The notes under the pieces: generated by a model | Seen by the model: only the letters and a program-made list of their open reading frames with translations | Told to the model about the DNA's origin: nothing | Database searches by the model: none | Part shown: positions 25,301-35,886 of the stretch, in pieces | Layout of the letters: each line of letters opens with the position of its first letter | Numbering within the stretch: position 1 is the stretch's first letter | Translations under genes and position numbers: made by a program | Source: Macrostomum hystrix | Lineage: Eukaryota; Animalia; Platyhelminthes | Direction: 5' to 3' | DNA: 64,000 bases | Assembly (NCBI GenBank): GCA_950097015.1 | Contig: CATNEN010000030.1 | Location: forward strand, 310,001-374,000

Positions 25301-28300
25301 AGGCATGTGTTAAGAATCTGGGATCAGCGGGCGGGCATGCTGGGTTACGCAGTCACGCCTCGGCCTGGCCTAATTGCTTGAGAAGCCAGTGCGGAAGGAT
25401 AATAATAGGAAACGGGTGGAAGATATTAGGAACACGGAAGATGGGATCAGACGGGTGCTAGCGGAAGAGACCGCTCCAACCCAGAAGAGTGATAGGCAGA
25501 CTGGGGGAGAGAGATAGACAGACTGGGGGAGAGTGATAGGCAGACTGGGGGAGAGTGATAGACAGACTGGGGGAGAGAGATAGACAGACTGGGGGAGAGT
25601 GATAGGCAGACTGGAGGAGAGTGATAGGCAGACTGGGGGAGAGTGATAGGCAGACTGGGGGAGAGAGATAGATAGACTGGGGGAGATTGGGAAGAGGAGT
25701 TGACGAACTCGGGGGGAGATAGGGGAGACGATGTGACCATTGGGGGGAGATGGGGGAGAGGACGAGAGGCACTGGGGGGAGATCAGGGAGAGGACGAGAG
25801 GCACTGGGGGGAGATCGGGAGAGGACGAGAGGCACTGGGGGAGATCGGGAGAGGACGAGAGGCACTGGGGGGAGATATGGGAGGGGAGGTAACACACGGG
25901 GGGAGATTGGGGAGGGAGACAGACTGGGGAGGAATAGAGTCGTTGAGGCTGGGCAAAATTTTCTTTCTGTGTTTCCTCAACAGCTCATGTCGGATAGTGG
26001 GATTTGGTGGAGCTGCATTGGGAGGAGCTGCAGTAGCAGCAAAGGCTGGTCTAATGTAGCAGATCAAAATCATCAGGGGGAGAGAAATATCAAAACACAT
26101 TCCATTGAGGAGAAGTAAACAGACGAGAAAGTGCCTCACAATAGTCATGATGAGGATTTCGCATCTCTAATGGATTGGAGGAACGGGATATTTATAGTTT
26201 AGAAAGGTGATTAAGGATATGGGGAAAATCCTGTTTAATAAAAAGCTGGAAAACTATTTACAATGGCTCAGAAGTTGGCGATAGGGAAATTATTCTATCT
26301 AAAAGATTGCTCGAGTGAATGCCTAGCCCCATCATCTGTTCTCAATCACTTGCAATTCTAAATTCTCTACTCGGACCCCAATATCCAGGCACACGCCAGG
26401 CAGTCGCTGGCTTTAGGAAATGCCAGTCTCTCTGCATCCCTCGCGGTGTTCCAGGCGCACTTTTGAGCTTAACTCCCTGAGCCAGCTGGGTGCAGCTCTT
26501 CTTTCTCGATATTTTCCCCCATTTTTTAGTACAATGGCCAATCATTTTAATGGCAGGCTTGGCACAGTTAAAAGGCCGGTTGTTATATTTAGTCTTTTGT
26601 TTAATCTGCTTGGTCTGGTCACAGGGTGGCTCCGGGATCCCTCTATTAAGGATTAAAGGAGTTGTGCCGATGACCCCCAGTAAATCAAACCCGGTCAAGT
26701 CTATCACACCCCGGTCAAGTCTCTCACACCCTGGTCAAGTCTCTCACACCCTGGTCAAGTCTCTCACACCCTGGTCAAGTCTCTCACACCCTGGTCAAGT
26801 CTCTCACACCCTGGTCAAGTCTCTCACACCCTGGTCAAGTCTCTCACACCCCGGTCAAGTCTCTCACACCCTGGTCAAGTCTCTCACACCCTGGTCAAGT
26901 CTCTCACACCCCGGTCAAGTCTATCACACCCTGGTCAAGTCTCTCACACCCTGGTCAAGTCTCTCACACCCTGGTCAAGTCTCTCACACCCTGGTCAAGT
27001 CTGTCACACCCTGGTCAAGTCTCTCACACCCTGGTCAAGTCTCTCACACCCTGGTCAAGTCTCTCACACCCTGGTCAAGTCTCTCACACCCTGGTCAAGT
27101 CTCTCACACCCTGGTCAAGTCTCTCACACCCTGGTCAAGTCTCTCACACCCTGGTCAAGTCTCTCACACCCTGGTCAAGTCTCTCACACCCTGGTCAAGT
27201 CTCTCACACCCTGGTCAAGTCTCTCACACCCTGGTCAAGTCTCTCACACCCTGGTCAAGTCTCTCACACCCTGGTCAAGTCTCTCACACCCTGGTCAAGT
27301 CTCTCACACCCTGGTCAAGTCTCTCACACCCTGGTCAAGTCTCTCACACCCTGGTCAAGTCTCTCACACCCTGGTCAAGTCTCTCACACCCTGGTCAAGT
27401 CTCTCACACCCTGGTCAAGTCTCTCACATCCTGGTCAAGTCTCTCACACCCTGGTCAAGTCTCTCACACCCTGGTCAAGTCAGGGCCAAACACATTTTCT
27501 GCTTTTCTCTCTTCACACTCTGTAGATATTTTAGGCTAGAGAACTCAGACTTCGCACCGTAGCGATAAGTTAAAAGCCCTCCAGCGCTCCGGATTAAGCC
27601 CATGGGGGCCAGGAGCTATAATCCCCAGTTGAAGTATCAGGCAATTATTCAGAATTTGCTGCAATAATCTTAGCAAATTCGCAAATCCTTAGTTCCCATT
27701 AGGGATAAATTTAACGTTTTCCATCTCAGGCTTTTGTGCACTTCCACTGTGAAATTAAAATAAATTTGACATTCAGTGGCACAGGTTTATGATTAGCCAA
27801 TTTTTTTGCAAAAAGTTCAGCATCACTGTTAAAAATAAGCCATGTCGATCAGCGTACAAACCCGTTAAACCACTGCCCTAACATCTCTACACCTGATGCC
27901 CACATCACTAAACCTGATACCCACATCACTAAACCTGATACCCACATCACTAAACCTGATACCCACATCACTAAACCTGATGCCCACATCACTAAACCTG
28001 ATACCCACATCACTAAACCTGATACCCACATCACTAAACCTGATACCCACATCACTAAACCTGATACCCACATCACTAAACCTGATACCCACATCACTAA
28101 ACCTGATACCCACATCACTACACCTGTCATCACACCACCCACACTCACATCGAACACGAAGGTCTCGTTGATGTCCGGGTTGTTGGTATTTTTGCGCACC
28201 TTGGTCTGCCAGGTCCTGTTGCACAATGGCGGCAATTCCACACTGACAAAGGCAGAGCAGTCCGTGCTGGTGAATCGCCTGGCCTTGTTGTACAGGTTGC

Positions 28301-28547
28301 GCGCTTTGAACACGCTCACCTCCAGCTTGTTTTCGCCCGGCAGATATCGAACCCGGAACCAGATCCGGCCAATGTGCTCCTCCGTCACTTCGTAGTACTC
28401 GTCCTGGTCGAAGTTCAGGTACAGTGTCGGATCCACGTGGCCAATCTCCTTGTTGCTGAGGCGCTGGCTAAGAGGTCGCTTGCAAACCGGGATGACAAAT
28501 GGCACATCCGCCTGCTGCTGCTGCTGCTGACCGCTCGACATGCGAAT
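16380..28547 (-). CDS. Synaptotagmin-like tandem C2A-C2B protein (probably Ca2+-independent)
   Basis: Exons 28547-28149, 19484-19187 and 16756-16380 join in phase (FVFD|VDRSY; NKG/D|IFIKL). C2A: IGRIWFRVRYLPGENKLEVSVFKARNL...QTKVRKNTNNPDINETFVF. C2B: IGLMHITLSYYEMLERLVVTVNEV...LSESFQFKVP...TPIGRLVL. First ATG at 28541; an upstream exon cannot be excluded. Confidence 0.85.
17295..17850. repeat. 34-bp minisatellite (CAGAGTGTCACTGCAATCCGTGAGCCTCTCTCAT)n
   Basis: Seen directly, inside a synaptotagmin intron. Confidence 0.96.
18240..18990. repeat. 33/35-bp minisatellite (GGGATCTAGCCACCAGGAAATCTACT...ATT)n
   Basis: Seen directly; the unit changes from 33 bp to 35 bp near 18600. Confidence 0.95.
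19545..19885. repeat. 47-bp minisatellite (GGGTGTGAAATTAGCTGGGGTAAGGGAGGGTGTTGCTGAAGTATCAA)n
   Basis: About 7 copies, ending ~60 nt from the synaptotagmin acceptor at 19485. Confidence 0.93.
20575..21099 (+). mobile_element. Non-LTR retrotransposon RNase H remnant (I/R1/Loa-like group)
   Basis: Frame from 20644: YTDGSLKDGLAGFGV...TELNA...IVIHSDSQAALQAL...VRLSWIPGHAGFPENELADTLA. These are the TDGS, SDSQ, WIPGH and NELAD motifs of the non-LTR RT-associated RNase HI. No ATG and no RT seen; short internal deletion after the Glu motif. Confidence 0.85.
21555..22135. repeat. 15-bp minisatellite (TCAGTCACTCTCACC)n
   Basis: Seen directly; source of the spurious VTEVR ORF. Confidence 0.96.
22303..22329. 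repeat. (CA)n microsatellite
   Basis: Seen directly. Confidence 0.85.
22680..24935. repeat. 24-bp G-rich minisatellite (GGGCGAGAATCAGGGATTGGGAAT)n, ~2.25 kb
   Basis: Seen directly; stop-poor on +, giving the GENQGLGM/ARIRDWEW artefact ORFs. Confidence 0.97.
25480..25930. repeat. Purine-rich tandem repeats (GAGAGTGATAGGCAGACTGGGGGA; GAGAGGACGAGAGGCACTGGGGGGAGATCGG)
   Basis: Two adjacent degenerate arrays seen directly. Confidence 0.88.
26690..27480. repeat. 20-bp minisatellite (CTGGTCAAGTCTCTCACACC)x~39, nearly homogeneous
   Basis: Seen directly. Confidence 0.98.
27895..28130. repeat. 21-bp minisatellite (CACATCACTAAACCTGATACC)n next to the splice donor
   Basis: Seen directly; begins ~20 nt into the intron after synaptotagmin exon 28149. 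Confidence 0.96.
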
Positions 28548-29139
28548 CTTTAGAAATTGTCAAACGATTTGAAATCTGACAAACAAGCTCATTCCCGGCT
28601 TACTGGCGAGTCTGTTCGGGTTCACTCCTATTTATTCGGGGCTGAACGAGGTACTGAGAGGCTGCAGGGCCAGGTGGAGGGGTGGTGAGTGGCCCAGGCT
28701 GCTAGCCAATGGCGCCTTAGAGCTCCGCATTTAGTCGCCCCTTCTGTCCCTGATTTAGTACAGTTTTAATCATCTGGAGAGGCCCAACCATCCAAATCCC
28801 AATGGCTCGTTGAGGAACAATATTTGTGCGCTGTCAACCTCCTCCACCTGTCAAGGTGTGCTCCAGATTGCAATTTAAGTTTGCTGACTGCAGCCAGGAA
28901 GTGAAGTTGATGGCATTCTTTCTCTGTCTCTACGTGATCTCGCCCCGACAAGCAGCCCTTACAATAGCCGAACTACTATTCTTAACTATTATGTTTGCGA
29001 GACAAAAGCTTCTTGTCAACCCCGGCTCGCTCCAATCAACAGCATGCGGATGTGCGCGCTTGCTTCTGTTCTATACCTGAGTTTAGCTCGGAATCGACCG
29101 ATTTAAACTGATGGGATACATACTCTGTTAATGGGATTG

Positions 29140-29480
29140 AGAATAGAGAGAGAGGGTTGCTGAGAATAGAGAGAGGGTTGTTGAGAATAGAGAGAGGGTT
29201 GTTGAGAATAGAGAGAGAAATTGAGAATAGAGAGAGGGTTGTTGAGAATAGAGAGAGAAATTGAGAATAGAGAGAGGTTGTTGAGAATAGAGAGAGAGGG
29301 ATTGAGAATAGAGAGAGAGGGATTGAGAATAGAGAGAGTGGGATTGAGAATAGAGAGAGAGGGATTGAGAATAGAGAGAGAGGGATTGAGAATAGAGAGA
29401 GAGGGATTGAGAAGAGAGAGAGAGGGTTGTTGAGAATAGAGAGAGAGGGATTGAGAAGAGAGAGAGAGGGTTGTTGAGAA
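29140..29480. repeat. 21-bp AG-rich repeat (GAGAATAGAGAGAGAGGGATT)n
   Basis: Seen directly. Confidence 0.93.
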
Positions 29481-30144
29481 TAGTGAGACGGTATGCGTTA
29501 TTGAGAACAGCACAGACTTATGAAAAACAGGAGTAAAATTCAGTTAGAGTAGATTCGCTTAGCAGGTGGATAAAAATAGATTTCTCTTCTAAAGAGAGGT
29601 GAAAAACAAAAGGATGTATTTAAGCGAAAAAATATTTTACTCGTTCAAATATCTACTTTAGGAAGCACAACTCACTGCTGCCTGCGTCAATAGATGCTTT
29701 TTTGATGCACCGACCATTGTTTTGCTCAGCTATTAGCATTGTCAATTTGCACTTCCGCTAGCTAGGGATTAGATTGGAGATTAGCTAGGTTCAGCTAATC
29801 TGATTGTAAGCCACTTTACAATGCTGTAAATTTGCTGCGAGCTACTTCAACGGAGGAAATTAATCCCTGCAGTTTCACCGAATGAATGTTTACAGCACTG
29901 AAATAGTTGGAAACTAGCTTTAGTCGACTCAGATTTGGCTCGAATTTCGGCTCAGCACTTGCTAACTTATTTCCCGGAATTTCATTAGTTTGAATGAGAT
30001 CTTCAACAATTCTAGCACTAAAGAGTTGGCTGACTTGAATATGTTTAGGAGTTTTCAAAAACCATTCGTTTACGTACCCGCTAAATACAACTTGCAAAGA
30101 AATACAACTTGCATTAAAAGACTCACATTAAATGCACATTTCTT

Positions 30145-31115
30145 AAAGACTCTCATCCTTAATGGACATTTCTGATAGACTCTCATCCTTAATGGACATT
30201 TCTGATAGACTCTCATCCTTAATGGACAACTCCGATATACTCTCACACTTAATGGACATTTCTAATAGACTCTCACATTTCATGGACAGTTCAGATAGAC
30301 TCTCACACTTAATGGACATTTCTGATAGACTCTCACACTTAATGGACATTTCTAATAGACTCTCACACTTAATGGACATTTCTGATAGACTCTCATACTT
30401 AATGGACATTTCTGATAGACTCTCACACTTAATGGACAGTTCAGAGACTCTCACATTTAATGGACAGTTCAGATAGACTCTCACATTTCATGGACAGTTC
30501 AGATAGACTCTCACACTTAATGGACATTTCTGATAGACTCTCACATTTAATGGACAGTTCAGATAGACTCTCACACTTAATGGACATTTCTGATAGACTC
30601 TCATACTTAATGGACATTTCAGATAGACTCTCACATTTAATGGACAGTTCAGATAGACTCTCACACTTAATGGACAGTTCAGATAGACTCTCACACTTAA
30701 TGGACATTTCTGATAGACTCTCACACTTAATGGACATTTCTGATAGACTCTCACACTTAATGGACATTTCTGATAGACTCTCATCCTTAATGGACAACTC
30801 CGATATACTCTCACACTTAATGGACATTTCTGATAGACTTTCACACTTAATGGATATTTCTGATAGACTCTCATCCTTAATGGACATTTTTGATAGACTC
30901 TCATCCTTAATGGACAACTCCGATATACTCTCACACTTAATGGACATTTCAGATAGACTCTCACACTTAATGGACATTTCAGATAGACTCTCACATTTAA
31001 TGGACAGTTCAGATAGACTCTCACACTTAATGGACATTTCTGAGACTCTCACACTTAATGGACATTTTTGATAGACTCTCATCCTTAATGGACAACTCCG
31101 ATATACTCTCACACT
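30145..31115. repeat. 30-bp minisatellite (AATGGACATTTCTGATAGACTCTCACACTT)x~32
   Basis: Seen directly; three interleaved sequence variants. Confidence 0.97.
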
Positions 31116-31406
31116 TCTCGAAACAACGGAAAACGAACAGTTCTTGACAATTTTCTGCTCGAAATCAACAGCAATATCATTTTGTCTAAATCGCTTTACG
31201 ATTCCGCGTGTCTATGATAATTAAATAGCAAGTTTTCAGCCTTGCATACGGTCATTTGGTTTTGACCATAGACATCATCCCTAAGCTGGCTGAAAACAAT
31301 TTATACAAAAGGCATCAGTTTCGTCACAGTCAGCTTGTTAATTGTTAGCTTAATCAGTGAATTAGGCTGCAGTGTAATCTCATCTCGGCTTGAAAAACCG
31401 TTAAAA

Positions 31407-33864
31407 ATGTCCGGTAGAAGCCTACCAGAGCACTGCTCAAAGTCCGGCCCGGCCTTCTGTGCCTGGCAGTTTCCCAATGTCTCCATGTCCGCTGCAACCG
31501 ACGCTAAGACCCACTCAGAGCGATGGAGCATGCATCCTGGATTCTTGGATCCATTTCATGTTGTGTACCAGTGCGTCAAGCGACTGAAGGCTGCCACATA
31601 CGTCAATGTGAAGTACGCCAGTAGGTTCCGCTCTACAGAGGCCAGGGACCAGGAGCCGGACAAATCTCAGCTGTGCCTTGGACTCGTGATCTACCTAGCC
31701 AAATTAGTACCGGACCAGCAGGTGAGTTACAAGACGCAATCACAGCGAACTACTTAATAAACTGTACAATAAATAGGCAGATAATTAGAACGAAATGGAT
31801 TAATGATGTTAGTCTCAAAAGACAAAATGTATCTAAGAATCTACCTGAAAACCTTGGCTGACAATCTACTAATACCAGAAATCTTGCAAAGGTTTCTAGT
31901 TGCAATGCTTCATAAAAACCTAATCTTATTAGATATTTTTAGCAGCTTGATTAGCAGTGTGTTTCTGAACAGGCTTCACGCATTCTACAGGGAGGAAAAT
32001 TTAATTTCCCTAATCAGATGTCCTTTAATGCGGATTAGACCAACCTGAGTCGTCGCAGCATTCACTAAATTTGTGTGATCAGTGCGAGACTGTGAGGTCG
32101 TTCTCGTTGCTGCTGGGAGTTGATTACAAAGATTACTAACCACCGGCTTTCAATTTTCGCCTCTGTTGTAACTTTTACTTTTTTTTAAGCTGAATACTCA
32201 AACAGTTCAGAAAATCATTGTTAGTGTTCTAGACATAAATGCTACTAATATATTAATTCACAGCTTATACATATTATTGTGTGAAAATACGACAAATATT
32301 ATGAGCATGGGTATAACAATGAGTATTTTTCTGTGGACACGGATGCATGATTCAATGCAGCAAGGAGGCCATTTTACATGCTAATTCCGCTGACCCATTA
32401 CACAGGTGTGCATGTCCCTCTTCTGCCCTGGCTTTTTCATCGTCAGGCAGATAATTTAATGTCATGTAATTGTACGACAAGCCCCAAAGCCTTCTCTCCG
32501 TGGCTGCGTCCCAAATCAATATGACCTTGCCACGGAATCGAGCTCAGGGATATCAGGTGCAATAATCAAATACGCCACTCACCCCATGATCGTAGTCTGT
32601 TCTCGAAAAATTAATTCTGCTTCGATTAGAGCTCCAGACTTCTGACCGAGAGGTCGGGAGTTCGAATCGCAGGCTGAAAGAAACTTTTTGTGCTGTGATA
32701 AAGAAACTTACCCAGCAGCCTGAGTTCACCCCACTATAAAAAGGTAGCAGCATTAGCTAGGTAAAATTGCAACTTTTAGTGCATCAGTGCATGAGGGGGA
32801 GAATCAGTGCATGAATAAGGTTGTACAAGACTTCCTGTCCGAGCTGAAGTCTGGAATCATAATCTACGTGGTTGATGGAAAGGAGGGCTACAAGCCGAAT
32901 CCGGTAATTTAAAAGAAAAATTTCTTTGCATTTTCTACTTCATCTGGGTTAGGTGCCATTCACATTCATCCGCCTACTTATATTGTTTGCCAATGTTTTG
33001 CAGGTTAACTACGACGTCAAGGAGCACATCAAGAATGGATCGTCCGAGAATGTGACGGCTGTGATTCAAAATTACCCCCGCCTAGAGCAGGTGTTGCTAT
33101 TCCTTCTAAAATACCTGAAGGAGCGCGGCCCGTTGATGAAGTTTAAATACAACTCCACCAGCCTGCTGAACGAGGTGACAGCCAATCCGCGCTACATGGT
33201 TTCGACCTTTCTCACCACCCTCAGCGAGTTCGAATTGGAATTTCACGCTGCTGTTGTGATTGGCGAGTATCTCAACTTTGTCCTGTACGTGGCCTACGCG
33301 CACGATCTGTTCTGGATGAAGGAGCTGCTTTCCGAAATCTGGGCGCCATTGTTAATCGACTTTGTGAACGTCGGCGACCGACTGGCCGACAATCTGACTG
33401 AGATGCAGAAGGCCAGCAAGCAGCGGCTCATGATGCAGCGCATGATTGATACCCTGCCTTGGGAGAAGCTGAAAAGCCAGGAGAACATGAAGGTCACGGT
33501 CAATCCGCAGGTTAATGATTCCTATTTGAAGCGCAGGGCGGCAGAGGCGGCCAGGCAGATGCAGCGCCTGACAGTTAAACCGGTGCACCAGCCGACGCTT
33601 CTATCTGTCGGCGGTGGCATTGTGAAACTGCTTGGCAACTTGGAAACCAAAGGACCGAAGATTATCGGTGACGATCCGGTAGCAATGGCCGCACGCGATG
33701 CCGAAGAGATTGAGAAGAAGAAGCGCGAAGGGGAGATGCAGAAGCGAAATGCGATGGAGGAAGATAATCGGGACTATTGCAGCGAGTACGGCTACAGCCA
33801 GGATTTTCGGGAGAAGCACGCGCCACACGGCATGTGCAAGCCTGGCTGTGACGCCAGCCTCTGA
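31407..33864 (+). CDS. Uncharacterised two-exon protein (~391 aa)
   Basis: AAAAATG at 31407; exon 31407-31721 (CAG|GTGAGT) joins in phase 0 to exon 33004-33864 (TTTTGCAG|GTT). Non-repetitive, helical and globular-looking sequence with a charged C-terminus. No family recognised. Confidence 0.7.
32390..32550 (-). mobile_element. SINE family A fragment
   Basis: ACACAGGTGTG...CATCGTCAGGCAG...CGACAAGCCCCAAAGCCTTCTCTCCGTGGCTGCG...CCACGGAATCGAGC matches 90-260. Confidence 0.7.
32795..32910 (+). pseudogene. Duplicated fragment of GTPase exon 1 3' end plus donor site
   Basis: 116 bp, matching 36480-36595 except for one substitution (TCC vs TGC); lies in the intron of the 31407 gene. Confidence 0.9.
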
Positions 33865-35886
33865 GGCTGAGGCAACGGAAAAAATTAAGGACGAAAAACT
33901 AGCAAGAACCATGTGTTGCATTAGATTAGTTTTTGCGCTGTCCTCTACTTCACCGATGATTGTTTAATTTTGACGGATCTGGTTTACCTACTGCAATTAC
34001 CTTGAAAGATGCACTAGAATCGGTTGAAGGATGGCGAGGATGAGGATGGCGCAAAATTAAGGTCCTAAAATGAAGTATTCAGTTAGACTTACTAGTTCTC
34101 ATGAAGGCTCATATTAGAGTTGGCCCGTTGGGACACCGACGTCATGACTGTCTGTCGCACAGCACACTATTCTGAGCCAAATGGCTTGATTATCCTTCTT
34201 TATGTTTTGCAACATCTTTCAGTTTAAATGAGTGAAACTGTGCGACATGTGGCTACCCCGTATATAATTTAATTTAGTATATTAGTAAATTAGTATATAA
34301 TTTCCCCCTCCCAATGTCAGTGCTTTTCGGTAGAGATAGTATTAAGGACTACCCCTCGGTTGCCGCTTTTTGGTAAAAGTGAAAAATCTGCTGCCATATT
34401 TTTCCACCCATTTTTTGGTGGACTAATGCTTCTTTTCAACTCTTAGCTCGCACGCATGTGTGAGCTGTCTCTACAAGCACAAACACATTTAGATACTTTA
34501 TTTATGTTTAGCTGTAGCTAGACGATGGTTACTTAGTATTAGCATTCATACTTCGGCAAAAAGTCACTTCGTTAATATACAATTTTAGCTCGCCAGTAGT
34601 TTAGCTTCGCAAGATAAATATTGCTCCTGGTTCTCTGTTTTTTCTTCAATGTCTTTTTATTCGAAAGATCCAGAAATCTTTCAGATTGTGCAAGACAAAC
34701 TACTCTAGTTCAATGTAGCTGTTTGCACAGGAGAGAAAATGAATTAACGGCAAACAGACGAGACAGAAGTTCATATATTTGTTTGCCGATCTAATCCAAG
34801 GCCTCTTAAAAGTTTAGTAACTGTATCTATTAGTCAGCTATTTTTATGCGATTAAAGAATACAAAGTGAAGTGGCCTAAGCAAGGGAATCAACGAAAGTC
34901 GGCTAAAACGGCCCTAATAAGGGATCGAACACATCAGAACCCAGAATAACAAAAAAATACGGACAGCACCTGACATTTGGTGATATTCAAATTAAGTTTG
35001 TATGATGTTGAAATTTGAATTGCAGTATGCTGAAACTGCAGTTTACAGATCCCTCTGACTTCGACCGGATTGGGATTTCAGTAAAAGGGAGATGAAATTA
35101 AGTGAATTCAGAGTTTCACTAAACTAATACTTTATAGATTTTAATAAGTTTGACGAAACTAAAGTGCAACTCCTTGTTTCTCACAGCTTTTTGAACGTAT
35201 ATACCCATCTCTATTTGCGCACCAAAAAGCACAGTACACGAATGATCACATGTATTAGGATACAGTAATTTATAATTTCAACATTTTGCTACTGATTAAT
35301 TTACTTTTGATTTACCCTGCTTAACAGCATGTTCAGAAAGTTGCATCCGGGAAAGCTTCTACGTTTAGCTTTACACAGCAATTATAGTTTCGATAAGTAT
35401 TTATGGTTGCCAAACACAATCTTATGTACTCGGTGCGCAGCAGTGTAATGCAAAACGAGAGTGAATTGTGCTCCGCGAATGTGGCATTGTGCACACACCC
35501 ATGCACTAGACACAACTTCTTTCTGCAACCGAATGCTGCACAAGCGCTGCTGGACTGGGAAGGGTGCCAAAAGAATGCTAGTAAAGAGAAGTCCTGCAGC
35601 CTATACCCCTTAAAGGCTGTACAGTTGAGTGTACATTCGGCCGCGCGCTTCTCTAGCCCGACATTATCTGTCCGGGGAAGGGGGCAGCCTGCACCCCCCA
35701 TTCGTGCCCTCAACACCTACACAGAACTTAAATTTGGTCCATTTAGACAGTTGACTGCCAGCCAGTTGTTGTCAGTCCGAGGCTGCTTATAAAACTTCTT
35801 CACTAAGCACCAAACGAGACAGCGTATTTAGTTATTCGCATCCGCTTCAATCCTGCGCGGCTCTCACACGGCTGAGAAACCGAGCT

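Noticed and set aside
25000-26690. Possible LINE endonuclease remnant (NPHH motif on the minus strand; ORF 26342-26707)
   Set aside because: No GDFN context and several stops; support is insufficient.
26490-27539. 349-aa ORF with a hydrophobic N-terminus and 20-aa repeats
   Set aside because: Three 20-bp units give the 20-aa period; no protein-level divergence; intronic.
30143-31112. Repetitive ORFs on both strands
   Set aside because: Products of the 30-bp array.
32630-32682. tRNA gene (GACTTCTGACCGAGAGGTCGGGAGTTCGAATC)
   Set aside because: Only anticodon/T-arm-like parts; no acceptor stem or D-arm could be folded; probably a SINE head fragment. Other B-boxes in the window belong to SINEs.
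35333-35792. 127-129 aa ORFs upstream of the GTPase
   Set aside because: No domain signature or splice support; overlapping on both strands; likely chance.
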